Assembly: GCA_036278355.1 (NCBI GenBank)
Contig: DASULD010000197.1
Location: 1 to 55,131 of the forward strand
DNA: 55,131 nucleotides
Reading direction: 5' to 3'
From: Sphingobium sp.
Lineage (GTDB): Bacteria > Pseudomonadota > Alphaproteobacteria > Sphingomonadales > Sphingomonadaceae
A program made the position numbers and the translations under genes. The notes below the pieces were generated by a model. That model was given only the letters and a program-made list of their open reading frames with translations, searched no databases and was not told where the DNA came from. This document shows positions 30,642 to 41,190 of the stretch, one piece after another; within the stretch, counting starts at the first letter, position 1; each line of letters opens with the position of its first letter.

Positions 30642-31973
30642 ATGATCATCACCCGTTTCGCGCCGTCCCCGACCGGGCAGCTTCATGTCGGCAATCTGCG
30701 CGCCGCGATCCACAACTGGATGTGGGCGCGGAAACATGACGGCGCCTTCTGGCTACGGCTCGACGACACCGATCAGGAACGATCGCGCGAGGAGTATGCC
30801 GACGGAATCCGGGCCGATCTTGCGTGGCTCGGCCTGGTTCCTGACGGGGAGGTGCGGCAGTCCGGCCGGTTCGAGCTCTATGAGCGGCGCTTTGCGCAGC
30901 TGCGCGCGGAGGGGCGGGTCTACCCCTGTTACGAGACTGCGCAGGAACTGGACCTCAGGCGCAAGGTCCAGCTGGGGCGCGGCCTGCCGCCAGTTTACGA
31001 CCGCGCCGCGCTGACCCTGACCGGCGCCGCCATCGCCGCGCTGGAGGCCGAAGGGCGCAGGCCCCACTGGCGCTTCAGGCTGGATCATGACACGCCGATC
31101 GAATGGGACGACATGATCCGGGGTCCGCAGCATTTCGACCCGAAGCTGCTGTCGGATCCGGTGATCCGGCGTGAGGACGGCAGCTGGCTCTACATGCTCC
31201 CCTCCGTCATCGACGACATCGACATGGGCGTGACCCATGTGGTGCGCGGCGAGGATCATGTGTCGAACACGGCGAGCCAGATCCAGATGTTCACGGCGCT
31301 GGGCGCCGCGCCGCCCGCATTCGCGCATGAGGCGCTGCTGGTGGGCAGCGAGGGCAAGCTGTCGAAGCGGCTGGGATCGCTCGGCGTGTCGGCCTTTCGT
31401 GAGGAAGGGATAGAGCCGATCGCGCTCATCGCTTTGCTGGCCCGCATCGGCACGTCCGATCCGGTAGTGCCTGTCACCGATCCCGCGCCGCTGATCCAAC
31501 AGTTCGATTTCGCGCGCTTCGGCCGCGCGCCCGCCCGTTTTGATGAAGGCGAGCTGCGCCTCCTCAATCAGAAGATCGTGCACCAGCTTGATTATCCGGC
31601 GGTGAAGGACCGGCTGCCCGGCGGCATGGACGAGGCGGCGTGGGATGCGCTGCGCCCCAATGTCGAGACGCTGGCGGGGGTTGCCGAATGGTGGCGCGTT
31701 GTCACCGGCCCGGTCGAAACGCCCGATCTGCCGCCCGACGACAAAGTGTTCGCGTTGGCCGCGGCCGAGACGCTGGCCCAGATTTCGTTCGATGACGGCC
31801 CATGGCATACGCTCGTCGAACGGTTGAAGATAAATACGGGGCGTAAGGGAAAACCGCTGTTCCTGCCGCTGCGGCTTGCGCTTACCGGGCGCGAGCATGG
31901 GCCGGACATGGCGGCGCTGCTGCCGCTCATCGGCCGGGAACAGGCGATCGAACGCCTCCGCGCCGTCGCTTGA
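30642..31973 (+). CDS. gltX: Glutamate--tRNA ligase
   Basis: TRFAPSPTG.LHVGN, R.DDTD, THVVRGEDH, KLSKR, LR.ALTG...GP. Confidence 0.97.
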   Translation: MIITRFAPSPTGQLHVGNLRAAIHNWMWARKHDGAFWLRLDDTDQERSREEYADGIRADLAWLGLVPDGEVRQSGRFELYERRFAQLRAEGRVYPCYETAQELDLRRKVQLGRGLPPVYDRAALTLTGAAIAALEAEGRRPHWRFRLDHDTPIEWDDMIRGPQHFDPKLLSDPVIRREDGSWLYMLPSVIDDIDMGVTHVVRGEDHVSNTASQIQMFTALGAAPPAFAHEALLVGSEGKLSKRLGSLGVSAFREEGIEPIALIALLARIGTSDPVVPVTDPAPLIQQFDFARFGRAPARFDEGELRLLNQKIVHQLDYPAVKDRLPGGMDEAAWDALRPNVETLAGVAEWWRVVTGPVETPDLPPDDKVFALAAAETLAQISFDDGPWHTLVERLKINTGRKGKPLFLPLRLALTGREHGPDMAALLPLIGREQAIERLRAVA

Positions 31974-32017
31974 GGGTGATTGTCCGCTTCCGGCTCGCCG
32001 ACCTGGACTGAAGGATC

Positions 32018-32048
32018 GGCGGCAGGCGGGCTGCGATCCCCTGCCGCC
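32018..32048. terminator. GC-rich hairpin between convergent gltX and DUF853 genes
   Basis: GGCGGCAGG...CCTGCCGCC inverted repeat; weak U-tract. Confidence 0.45.
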
Positions 32049-33647
32049 TTACCGCATCAGCCCGCCCATCAGGTTGCGGGCGAAGCGGCCGATCAAGCTG
32101 CCCACGCCGGGCGCGCCAAGGTTCCGGGCGATCTCCGTCGCCAGCGTTCCGGCTACGGCGCTGGCCGCCGACGCCTGAGGATTCGCGCGGGAGGTGCGCC
32201 CGCTCAGCCTGGCCGCGACCATCGCGCCGGCGGAGCTGGCCGCCGCACCCGCTGCCGCCGACGCGACCTTGCCCCAGATGGAAGGCGACCTGCGAGGCTG
32301 CTTCGCAACCTCCTCCCGCCCTTTCTGCTCCACCTCCTGGGCGGTGGCGGCGGCATCGACGGCCTTCTGGGCCAGCACCTCCTCGGCGCTTTCCCGGTCC
32401 ACCGCCTCGTCATATTTTCCCGCGACCGGAGAGACCGACTGGACGATCGCACGTTCCTTCGCGTCGACGGGGCCGAGGCGTGAGCGCGGTGGCGCCATCA
32501 GCGTCCGCTGCACAATGGTGGGGGCGCCCTCGTCATCGAGAACGGATACCAGCGCCTCCCCCACTTTCAGCTCCGTGATCGCCGTCGCGACGTCGAGTTC
32601 GGGGTTGATGCGGAAAGTTTCCGCCGCCGCCTTCACCGCCTTCTGGTCGCGCGGCGTGAAGGCGCGCAGCGCATGCTGTATGCGGTTGCCGAGTTGACCC
32701 GCCACCTTTTCCGGTATGTCGATCGGGTTTTGGGTGACGAAATACACGCCCACCCCCTTGGACCGGACCAGGCGCACCACCTGCTCGATCTTGTCAGTCA
32801 GCGCATCGGGCGCATCCTCGAACAGCAGATGCGCCTCATCGAAGAAGAAGACGAGCTTCGGCTTGTCGGGGTCGCCGACCTCGGGCAGCGTTTCGAACAG
32901 TTCGGACAGCAGCCACAGCAGGAAGGTCGAATACAGCTTGGGGCTGCGCATGAGCCGGTCGGCGGCGAGCACGTTGACGATGCCCCTGCCCTTGTCGTCC
33001 ACGCCCAGGAAATCGTCGATTTCCAGCGCGGGCTCACCAAAGAAGGCATTGCCGCCCTGCGAGTCGAGCGTCAGCAGCTGACGCTGAATCGCGCCCACAC
33101 TGGCGCGCGTCACATTGCCGTATTTGGCCGAGAGTGTATCGGCATTCTCCGCGCACCAGGCCAGCATCGCCTGAAGATCGCCGAGATCGAGCAGCAGCAA
33201 TCCCTGATCGTCGGCGTGGCGGAAGGCGATGTTGAGCACACCTTCCTGCGTTTCGTTGAGATCCAGCAGCCGCGAGAGCAGCAACGGCCCCATTTCCGAT
33301 ATGGTGGTGCGGATCGGGTGACCTTGTTCCCCGAAAAGATCCCAGAAGATTACGGGATTGTCCGCGTAGACATAGGGATCAAGGCCTATCTCCTTCGCGC
33401 GCGCCTCAAGCGTCGCGGCGCGGCTGAACGCCGGTGACCCGGCCATCGCTATGCCTGCCAGGTCGCCCTTCACATCGGCGAGGAAAACCGGAACGCCGCA
33501 GGCCGAGAAATTTTCGGCAAGCCCCTGCAACGTCACCGTCTTGCCGGTGCCGGTGGCCCCCGCGATCAGGCCATGCCGGTTCGCGCGCCGCAGCGACAGA
33601 CATTGGCGCGCGCCGTTTGCCGAGCCGAGGAAGATGCCGTCCGCCAT
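32049..33647 (-). CDS. DUF853/YjgR HerA-like P-loop ATPase
   Basis: [58 protein letters not shown]. Confidence 0.93.
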   Translation of the reverse strand: MADGIFLGSANGARQCLSLRRANRHGLIAGATGTGKTVTLQGLAENFSACGVPVFLADVKGDLAGIAMAGSPAFSRAATLEARAKEIGLDPYVYADNPVIFWDLFGEQGHPIRTTISEMGPLLLSRLLDLNETQEGVLNIAFRHADDQGLLLLDLGDLQAMLAWCAENADTLSAKYGNVTRASVGAIQRQLLTLDSQGGNAFFGEPALEIDDFLGVDDKGRGIVNVLAADRLMRSPKLYSTFLLWLLSELFETLPEVGDPDKPKLVFFFDEAHLLFEDAPDALTDKIEQVVRLVRSKGVGVYFVTQNPIDIPEKVAGQLGNRIQHALRAFTPRDQKAVKAAAETFRINPELDVATAITELKVGEALVSVLDDEGAPTIVQRTLMAPPRSRLGPVDAKERAIVQSVSPVAGKYDEAVDRESAEEVLAQKAVDAAATAQEVEQKGREEVAKQPRRSPSIWGKVASAAAGAAASSAGAMVAARLSGRTSRANPQASAASAVAGTLATEIARNLGAPGVGSLIGRFARNLMGGLMR

Positions 33648-33736
33648 GCCCATATCTCCGCCTGATTGCGGTATGGGATACCCCGCCGCCGCTCCTCTGA
33701 AAAGCCGAAAGGTCCGGTAGCAAAAAGAGCGGAAAC

Positions 33737-35233
33737 TTATTTGTCGCGCAGGCGGACCGCAATGAATGCGGGCGGCTGGCCGCTCCGCAACAGCTGCAGC
33801 AACACCGCGCTGCGCCCTGATTTCTGCACGGCGGAGAGAACCGAGTTAAGCTCCGCCTGCGTCGTCACCGGCCGGTTGTCCGCCGACAGGATGACATCGC
33901 CGCGCCGCAGGCCCTTGGCCCCTGCGTCGCTCGACTGATCGACCGCAGATATGACGAGACCGCGCGTGTCGGCGGGAACGCCAAGCTGGCGAATGATCGT
34001 GGGGTTGAGCGGAAGCACAGCGAGGCCGAGCGCCTGCGCGCCGGCCTGCGCGTTGTCCTGCGAATCGGGCTGAGAGAAGTCCTCGTCCGGATTGGCGCCG
34101 AACTGTTGAAGCTGTTCCTCGGGAGGCCGCACGGCGATCGTGGCGGTCACCGTCATCCGCTTTCCGTTGCGGATAAGCTGGATCGGCACCTTGGTCCCGA
34201 TTGGCAGATTTCCGATGATAAAGGACAAGGTCTCATCCGGAGTGACTTCACGACCGTTGACACTGACGATCACGTCGCCCGCCTTGATCCCGGCCCTGTC
34301 CGCGCCGCCGCCCGGCTCGACACCCTGTACGAATTCGCCCCGGTTCTTGGCGAGGCCCAGCGAATCGGCAAGGTCCTCTCCCAGCGGGCTGATCTGCACG
34401 CCGAGATAGCCGCGCTTCACCTGCTCACCCTTGCGCAGCGTCTCGATCACCGGGATCGCCTGCTCTGACGGAATGGCAAAGCCGATGCCGACATTGCCGC
34501 CGGTCGGCGACAGTATCTGACTGTTGATGCCGATCACCTTGCCGTTCATGTCGAACATCGGGCCACCCGAATTGCCCTGGTTGATCGATGCGTCCGTCTG
34601 GATGAAGCGGTCATACGTACCGCCGGTGCTGCGGTGGACGGCGGAAATAATGCCCGCCGTGACGGTTCCCGACAGGGCGTAGGGATTGCCGATCGCCATC
34701 ACCCAGTCGCCCACGCGCGCGCGCGTGCTGTCGCCGAACTTGACGAAGGGCAGGGGCTTGTCCGCGTTGATCTTCAGCACCGCGAGGTCGGTGGCGACGT
34801 CGCGTCCGACCAGCTTCGCCTCGTACTCCCTGCCGCCGGTAAGGGTGACGGTGATGCTGTCGACCGTGGCGCCGCGTGCGCCCGGCGACACGACATGGTT
34901 GTTGGTGACGACGTAACCGTCAGCGGAGATGAGGAAGCCGGAGCCGAGCGACTGCGCCTGCCGCGTCTGCGGAGCGCCGCCCCCGAACATGTCGCCGAAC
35001 GGCGTGCCAGCCAGGGGATTTTGTACCTGTACCCGTTGCCGCGTGGAAATGTTGACCACGGCGGGCTGAAGGCGCTCCACCATGTTGGCGAAGCTCGCCG
35101 GGGCGCCCTGGGGCGCGACCGCCTGCATATTCTCGTTCTGCGCCGTCTGGGCGCCGAGCGGCTGGTTTGAACCTATTGCGATGGCGGTACCGCCCAGCAG
35201 GAGGGCAGCTGTGATGCCATAAACATATCGCAC
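33737..35233 (-). CDS. degP: DegP/DegQ (Do-family) serine protease with two PDZ domains
   Basis: [25 protein letters not shown]; two PDZ domains; GTG start after SD AAGGA. Confidence 0.95.
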   Translation of the reverse strand: MRYVYGITAALLLGGTAIAIGSNQPLGAQTAQNENMQAVAPQGAPASFANMVERLQPAVVNISTRQRVQVQNPLAGTPFGDMFGGGAPQTRQAQSLGSGFLISADGYVVTNNHVVSPGARGATVDSITVTLTGGREYEAKLVGRDVATDLAVLKINADKPLPFVKFGDSTRARVGDWVMAIGNPYALSGTVTAGIISAVHRSTGGTYDRFIQTDASINQGNSGGPMFDMNGKVIGINSQILSPTGGNVGIGFAIPSEQAIPVIETLRKGEQVKRGYLGVQISPLGEDLADSLGLAKNRGEFVQGVEPGGGADRAGIKAGDVIVSVNGREVTPDETLSFIIGNLPIGTKVPIQLIRNGKRMTVTATIAVRPPEEQLQQFGANPDEDFSQPDSQDNAQAGAQALGLAVLPLNPTIIRQLGVPADTRGLVISAVDQSSDAGAKGLRRGDVILSADNRPVTTQAELNSVLSAVQKSGRSAVLLQLLRSGQPPAFIAVRLRDK

Positions 35234-35327
35234 TGTAGGGGTCCTTCTCATGATCGATCAGACGGTCGCCGATAAAATATGCGAGCGGATGCCAATTTCC
35301 GCCTGAACCGAAATTGAATGACGTGTC

Positions 35328-36173
35328 TCAGCGTCCCTGGAATTCCCGCAGGAATTCGTTGTCCGGGGACAGGATGATATTGGTTTGGCCGCCGCTCTGG
35401 GCATTGAAGGTCCGGCGGTAGGCCTGCATCGCACGATAAAAGTCGTAAAAGGACGGGTCCTTGCCGAAGCTGGCGGCATAGATATTGGCGGCACCGGCGT
35501 CGGCGTCCGCGCGGATGATCTGCGCCTGCTTCTCACCCTGCGCGCGGATCGTCAGCGCCTCCTGCTGGCGTGCGGTGCGCATACGCTGGAAAGCGCTTTG
35601 CAGCGGCGTTCCGTCGGGCAGGTCGGCGCGCTTGATCCGCACGTCGATAACCTCTGCGCCATATTGCCGCGCGACGCGGTTAAGCCCTGCCTCGATATTG
35701 TTCATCACCTGCCCGCGTTCCGGGCTCAGCAGCGCGACGAACGTGCGCTTGCCCAGCTCGTTGCGGAGGGCCGACCCCAATATCGGGCGAAGCGCATCGG
35801 CTACCCGTTCCTCGGTTCCGGCGGAGATATACATGCGCAGCGGGTTGGTAATGCGATAACGGGCGAATGCATCGACCTGCAGCCGGAGCTGATCGGTCGA
35901 AAGCACCTGCTGCCGTTCCATTTCGACCGACTGAATACGCTTGTCGATCCACACGATCTGCTCCGCGAAGGGGATGCGCACGGCGACTCCCGCGCCCGTG
36001 CTGCCGAACCGTTCGTTCGCATGATAAGGATTGATGATGCGTACCGGCTCGCCGAACCGGACGATCACGGCCTGACGCGTTTCGGGCACGATGGCGATGG
36101 TGCTGCCGATCAGGATAACGACGGCCAGCGCTGTGAGCGCTGCCACGACGGGGTTGCGGAACAGGGCCTGCAT
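35328..36173 (-). CDS. hflC: FtsH protease modulator HflC
   Basis: SPFH domain; VDAFARYRI.NP, DVRIKRADLP, F.RM...R, FY.FYR.M.AY. Confidence 0.95.
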   Translation of the reverse strand: MQALFRNPVVAALTALAVVILIGSTIAIVPETRQAVIVRFGEPVRIINPYHANERFGSTGAGVAVRIPFAEQIVWIDKRIQSVEMERQQVLSTDQLRLQVDAFARYRITNPLRMYISAGTEERVADALRPILGSALRNELGKRTFVALLSPERGQVMNNIEAGLNRVARQYGAEVIDVRIKRADLPDGTPLQSAFQRMRTARQQEALTIRAQGEKQAQIIRADADAGAANIYAASFGKDPSFYDFYRAMQAYRRTFNAQSGGQTNIILSPDNEFLREFQGR

Positions 36174-37342
36174 CACTGTCCTCCCTGCGCGTTCGCGCCG
36201 ACGGCGGGCGATTGGGCCTCCGCACCGGCCGACCGGCGCTTGACCTCCGGAAGCGGCAGATAGGGGACGACACCCCTGGGCTCCACCACCGTCTTGTCGG
36301 TATCGGCCAGCACTGCCTCCATCGTTTCGTAATACATACGGCGGCGCGTCACCTCCGGCGAGAGCCGGTATTGCTCATAGACCTTGTCGAACGCGGCGGC
36401 CTCACCCTGCGCCCGCGCGGCAAGCTGCTGCGCATAGGCGCGCGCCTCGTTCATGTAGGTCTGCGCCGCCTGCTGCGCCGCCGACACCTCCTTGAACGCG
36501 TCGTTCACGGCCTCCGGCGGATCGGCCTGTTTGATCGCGACGCCCTGTACCCGGACACCTGAGCGATAGCCGTCGAGTATCTCCTGCATCCGCTGCTCGA
36601 CCCGCTGCTCGATGTCGGTGCGGCCCGCGCCAAGCGCCTCGGGGAGCGACACCGTCGCGACAACGGAACGCATGGCCGATTCGGCAACTTCGCGAATCGT
36701 CGAATCAGGATCGGCGAGCTGGAACATGTACAGCTCCGCGTCGCGGATGTTCCACCGCACGGAATAAGCGAGATCGATGATGTTCTGGTCGCCGGTCAGC
36801 ACCAGATTTTCGGCGCCGTCACCCACCGACCCGACGTCGATCGTGCGTATCTCCTCGACATCGACGGAGTCGACGGTCTCGAACGGCGCGGGCAGGGTAA
36901 AGCCGATGCCGGGCGAGAGCGTGCGGCTGTACTTGCCGAGCTGGAGCACCACGCCACGTTCCTGCGGACCGATGCGGTGAAAGCAGGTCATGATCACCCA
37001 GAGGACCAGTATGACGGCCAGCGCGATTGGCCACAAGGAGCGCACCTCCGGCGATCCCGGTTCCGCGCCGCCCGGGCCGCGTCCGCCCCCGAATCGTTCG
37101 CGACTCCGCCGCAGCAGGTCATCGAACAACGACGGCCGGTCCGCCGGGCGTTCGCCTCCCCGCCCGCCGCCGGGGGGTTGCGTCCACGGGTTGCGCGGAC
37201 CGGTTCCTGATCCGTCTCCCGGCTTGTCGCCGTCCTGTGCGTCGTCCTGGGGCTTTCCCCCCCACGGTCCGCCCGCCATCGCCAGGATTGGCGCGGCAAC
37301 GGACGCGATAAAGCGGGGGAGCGCGAAATTCTTTTTGCTCAT
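36173..37342 (-). CDS. hflK: FtsH protease modulator HflK
   Basis: Gly/Pro-rich N-terminus (GPWG, NPW), TM helix, LTGDQNI, ESAMR, DPP..V..AF, P.VTR.RMY.ETME; start uncertain (37342 or 37279). Confidence 0.95.
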   Translation of the reverse strand: MSKKNFALPRFIASVAAPILAMAGGPWGGKPQDDAQDGDKPGDGSGTGPRNPWTQPPGGGRGGERPADRPSLFDDLLRRSRERFGGGRGPGGAEPGSPEVRSLWPIALAVILVLWVIMTCFHRIGPQERGVVLQLGKYSRTLSPGIGFTLPAPFETVDSVDVEEIRTIDVGSVGDGAENLVLTGDQNIIDLAYSVRWNIRDAELYMFQLADPDSTIREVAESAMRSVVATVSLPEALGAGRTDIEQRVEQRMQEILDGYRSGVRVQGVAIKQADPPEAVNDAFKEVSAAQQAAQTYMNEARAYAQQLAARAQGEAAAFDKVYEQYRLSPEVTRRRMYYETMEAVLADTDKTVVEPRGVVPYLPLPEVKRRSAGAEAQSPAVGANAQGGQ

Positions 37343-37414
37343 GGCTCTCCTATAGGTAGCCGCGATCTGGAAAAACAGTGCCTTTGCCACGATAATCGCC
37401 TATTGGGCCGGGCC

Positions 37415-38377
37415 ATGACCGACATCGACGCGCTTTCTTCCCGCCTTTCCGCCCTTTCTTCCGGCCGCGCGAGTGCCCCCAGACTGCGGGAGGGCGTGTT
37501 GACGCTGGTGCTCGACGTCAGCGGTCTTGGCGAGGCAGAGCGTGACTCGATGGTCGAGGTGCTGACCGCCGAGGCACGGCAGGGCGAAGGTGTCGAGACG
37601 GTGCGTATCGCGCAGACCGCCGAACGGCATGATCTGGCGATCATCGCGGTGGCATCGGGCAAAGGCGGCGTAGGCAAATCGACGGTGGCCGCGAATCTGG
37701 CGATTGCGCTGTCCCGTCTGGGCACGCGCGTGGGCCTCGTCGACGCGGACATCTACGGTCCGTCGCAGCCCCGCCTGCTCGCGAGCGAGGGGCATCGGCC
37801 CAAGGCGGAGGACAAGCGGCTGATCCCTGTGCTCGGCGCCGGGGGGCTGCCGATGCTGTCGATGGGTCATCTGGTGGAGCCTGGCCGTGCGGTCGCATGG
37901 CGCGGCCCGATGGCAGGCAATGCGCTGGGCCAGCTCATCGATGCCCGCTGGGGCGATGCGCAGGTGCTGATTGTCGACATGCCGCCGGGAACAGGGGACG
38001 TTCAGCTGTCGATGGTGCAAAAGCACAAGCCCGCAGGCGTCGTGATCGTCTCGACGCCGCAGGACCTCGCGCTGATCGATGCGACGCGTGCCGTCAACCT
38101 GTTTGAACAGGCGGGGGTGCCGATGATCGGCCTTATCGAAAACATGGCGGGCTATGCCTGTCCGCATTGCGGCGAGATGTCCGATCCGTTCGGGACGGGG
38201 GGCGCGGAAGCCGCCGCAAAGGCGATGGGCATGCCGTTCCTGGCGCGTATTCCCCTGTCGATCGCGCTCCGGGTGGCGTCGGACGCGGGAGAGCCGCCTG
38301 CCGCCACCGGCGGACCGGAGGCAGAGCCGTTCCTCGCGCTCGCCGCACGCGTCAAGGAATGGATCGACGCGCGCTGA
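37415..38377 (+). CDS. apbC: Mrp/ApbC/NBP35 Fe-S cluster carrier ATPase
   Basis: ASGKGGVGKST, DADIYGPS, WRGPM, DMPPGTGD, ENM...CPHC. Confidence 0.93.
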   Translation: MTDIDALSSRLSALSSGRASAPRLREGVLTLVLDVSGLGEAERDSMVEVLTAEARQGEGVETVRIAQTAERHDLAIIAVASGKGGVGKSTVAANLAIALSRLGTRVGLVDADIYGPSQPRLLASEGHRPKAEDKRLIPVLGAGGLPMLSMGHLVEPGRAVAWRGPMAGNALGQLIDARWGDAQVLIVDMPPGTGDVQLSMVQKHKPAGVVIVSTPQDLALIDATRAVNLFEQAGVPMIGLIENMAGYACPHCGEMSDPFGTGGAEAAAKAMGMPFLARIPLSIALRVASDAGEPPAATGGPEAEPFLALAARVKEWIDAR

Positions 38378-38427
38378 GTTGACGCCGGCATCTGCGCTCC
38401 CATCTTGTGAAGCGAAGGAGCCCGCGC

Positions 38428-38856
38428 ATGCCACTCACCACCGATGCCGACATCGCCGCATTATTGACGTCCGTCCGTACCATCGCGGTCGTGGGCGCCT
38501 CGGCCAAGCCCGAGCGGCCTAGCAATGGCGTGATGCGTACGCTGATCGCGCATGGCTACGACGTTATTCCGGTCAATCCGGGCCTTGCGGGACAGAGTAT
38601 CCACGGAAAGCCGGTAGTCGCCACGCTCGCCGATATCGATGGACCCGTGGACATGGTCGACATCTTCCGCAACAGCGCAGCCGCAGGCGACGCAGTGGAT
38701 CAGGCGATCGCGACCGGCGCCGGGTCGGTATGGATGCAGATTGGCGTCCTTGACGAAGCGGCGGCGCGACGGGCCGAGCAAGCCGGGCTCAAAGTGGTGA
38801 TGGACCGTTGCCCCGCGATCGACATTCCCCGGCTTGGCATCGCTCCTGTCCGCTAA
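38428..38856 (+). CDS. CoA-binding protein (YccU-like)
   Basis: [35 protein letters not shown]. Confidence 0.92.
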   Translation: MPLTTDADIAALLTSVRTIAVVGASAKPERPSNGVMRTLIAHGYDVIPVNPGLAGQSIHGKPVVATLADIDGPVDMVDIFRNSAAAGDAVDQAIATGAGSVWMQIGVLDEAAARRAEQAGLKVVMDRCPAIDIPRLGIAPVR

Positions 38857-38907
38857 TCCGGAGACTTCTGCCTTTGCCTTTCGTCCGCACCCGGCTATCA
38901 GCCGGAT

Positions 38908-41175
38908 ATGCGGCGACCCTCCGACGAGCGCGGTGACAAGGCGAAAGGGATCAACCGGCGTACGCTGCTTGTCGGGGGTGGGGCGGCGGCGGGGCTGCTG
39001 ATCGCCTGGGGTGCATGGCCCCGCGAATACCGGCCGCAGCTTGCGGTTGCGCCCGGCGAGACGGTGATCAATGCCTTTCTCAAGATCGATACGGCCGGAC
39101 AGGTCATCGTCGTCGTGCCGCAACTCGAAGTGGGGCAGGGGGTCACGACGATATTGCCGCAGATACTGGCGGACGAACTGGGCGCCGACTGGCGCACCGT
39201 CGCGGTTCAGGGTGCGCCCGTGAGCCCGCTTTACGCCAATCATCTGCTGGCACGGGAGTTTCTGGACGGCGAATGGTCGCGCATCGCGGGCGGTGCGGGC
39301 GACTGGGCGCTGCGGGAACTCGCGACGCGCAACGCGATGATGCTGACCGGGGGGTCGACCTCCTTGCGACAGTTCGCGCAGAGCTATCGCGATGCGGGTG
39401 CGGCGGCCCGGGCGTTGTTGTGCAAGGCGGCCGGCGCGCGCTGGGACGTGCCGTGGGAAAGCTGCGAAATCCAGGGGGGCCTCGTAACGGACGGGCGGCG
39501 CACGTTGCGTCTGGGCGAACTCGCGGCCGAGGCGGCGACCTTTGCCTTGCCGGACGTGCTGCCTGGGCGACAGACGGCAGAGGACCGTTTGACCGGCCAG
39601 GACGTGCCCCGTCTGGACCTGCCGTCGAAGGTGGATGGCTCGCACAACTACGCGGGCGACATACGCCTGCCGGGCATGGTGTTTGCGTCGGTTCGGCAGG
39701 GGCCGGTCGGCGCGGTTCGCCTGAAATCACTCAAGGAGGCGGAAGCAAAGAAGGTCGCCGGTTTCATCCGGCTGGTCAGGCAGGATCATTGGGTCGCGGC
39801 CGTCGCCACGAACTGGTGGGCGGCGAACAAGGCGCTTGATGCCCTCGACCCTGTGTTCGAGGTGGAGGGAGAGCCACTCGACAGCGCCAGCATCGGGGCG
39901 GCACTGGAAGGGGCCTTCGAAGGAGAAGGCGCCCGCCGCATCTACGAACAGGGCGATCTGGCGGCGCGCTTTTCAGGCGCGCGGTTGTTGCGCGCCGACT
40001 ATGACGTGGCGCCTGCGCTGCATCTTGCGATCGAGCCGCCCTGCGCCACGGCGCGGGTGGCGGACGGCCAGGTCGAGTTGTGGGTCGCGAGCCAGGCGCC
40101 CGCGTTCTGCCGCAGTGCGGTCGCGCACGCGATGGGGCTGAACGAGCAGGATGTTCTCCTTTATCCGGTGGCGGCCGGCGGATCGTTCGGGCGCCGGTTC
40201 GAACATGACCCTGCCGTGCAGGCGGCGCTCATCGCCCGAGAAACGGGGCGGCCCGTCCAGCTTCAGTGGTCGCGGCTTGAGGATATTGCGAGCGACCGGC
40301 CCCGCGCGCCCGCGCACGCGCGCATGACCGCCAGGCTGGTGGCCGGGGGCAAGGTGGAGGCGTTGTCGGCAAAGGTCGCCGCGCCGTCGGCCAACCACGA
40401 AACCTGGGACCGCGTTTATCATGGGTCACGGCCGCTGGAGGCTGCCCGGTCGAATGGCAACCGGGCGGACGCCCGCGCGGTGTCCGGCATGCCCCCCCTC
40501 TACGCCATTCCCCATGTCGCGATCGATCATTACCCGGCCGATACAGGCCTGCCGGTCGGGCGCTGGCGCGGCAATGCCGACAGCTACACCTGTTTTTTCA
40601 GTGAAAGCTTCATGAATGAACTCGCCCACGAGGCCGGGGTCGAACCGATGTCATTCCGCATCCAGCATCTGGGGGGGCAGCCCCGGCTCGCGCATTGCCT
40701 GACCACGGCCGCCGTAACGGGCGGATGGCAGGGCGGGGCGGCCGGCAGCGGGCAGGGGATCGCCTGTCACGCAATGGATGGCGGCTTTATCGCCCTGCTG
40801 ATCGAGGCGGAACTGAACGCGGACGGTATTCGCGCGAAGAATATCGTCGCGGTCGCCGACCTCGGCGCGCAGCCTCATCCAGACATAGCGCGACAGCAGG
40901 TGGAGGGAGGGATCATCTTCGGCCTGGCCGCCGCGACGGGTGCAATGGCCGAATATTCGGGGGGGATGCCGGTGCGCGCAATCATGGGGAGAATGGGCCT
41001 GCCGCGCCTTGCCGACGTGGGATCGATCACCGTCGAGCTGGTTCCTTCGCAGGCCGAACCCGCCGGTACGGGGCAGATCGGCGTACCCGCCGTGGCGCCC
41101 GCGCTCGCCGGGGCGCTGTTTACGCTCACGGGAAGACGCCATCGCCGTCTTCCGTTTGTAACGCCGGCCGGGTAG
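38908..41175 (+). CDS. Xanthine dehydrogenase-family molybdopterin-binding subunit (IorB-like), Tat-exported
   Basis: Tat motif NRRTLL; E.GQG..T, TGGSTS, R.D...KVDG, GGSFG, QVEGG..FGL. Confidence 0.9.
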   Translation: MRRPSDERGDKAKGINRRTLLVGGGAAAGLLIAWGAWPREYRPQLAVAPGETVINAFLKIDTAGQVIVVVPQLEVGQGVTTILPQILADELGADWRTVAVQGAPVSPLYANHLLAREFLDGEWSRIAGGAGDWALRELATRNAMMLTGGSTSLRQFAQSYRDAGAAARALLCKAAGARWDVPWESCEIQGGLVTDGRRTLRLGELAAEAATFALPDVLPGRQTAEDRLTGQDVPRLDLPSKVDGSHNYAGDIRLPGMVFASVRQGPVGAVRLKSLKEAEAKKVAGFIRLVRQDHWVAAVATNWWAANKALDALDPVFEVEGEPLDSASIGAALEGAFEGEGARRIYEQGDLAARFSGARLLRADYDVAPALHLAIEPPCATARVADGQVELWVASQAPAFCRSAVAHAMGLNEQDVLLYPVAAGGSFGRRFEHDPAVQAALIARETGRPVQLQWSRLEDIASDRPRAPAHARMTARLVAGGKVEALSAKVAAPSANHETWDRVYHGSRPLEAARSNGNRADARAVSGMPPLYAIPHVAIDHYPADTGLPVGRWRGNADSYTCFFSESFMNELAHEAGVEPMSFRIQHLGGQPRLAHCLTTAAVTGGWQGGAAGSGQGIACHAMDGGFIALLIEAELNADGIRAKNIVAVADLGAQPHPDIARQQVEGGIIFGLAAATGAMAEYSGGMPVRAIMGRMGLPRLADVGSITVELVPSQAEPAGTGQIGVPAVAPALAGALFTLTGRRHRRLPFVTPAG

Positions 41176-41190
41176 GCGGCACGCGAAAAC

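Noticed and set aside
32049-33647. HerA-like ATPase as part of an anti-phage system
   Set aside because: It is the widespread DUF853/YjgR type in a housekeeping context, with no adjacent nuclease or Sir2 partner
33689-33732. Hammerhead-like string CTGAAAA-GCC-GAAA-GGT inside a CCGCTC/GAGCGG stem
   Set aside because: The core lacks CUGANGA and the GAAA after stem II; more likely an ordinary hairpin after degP
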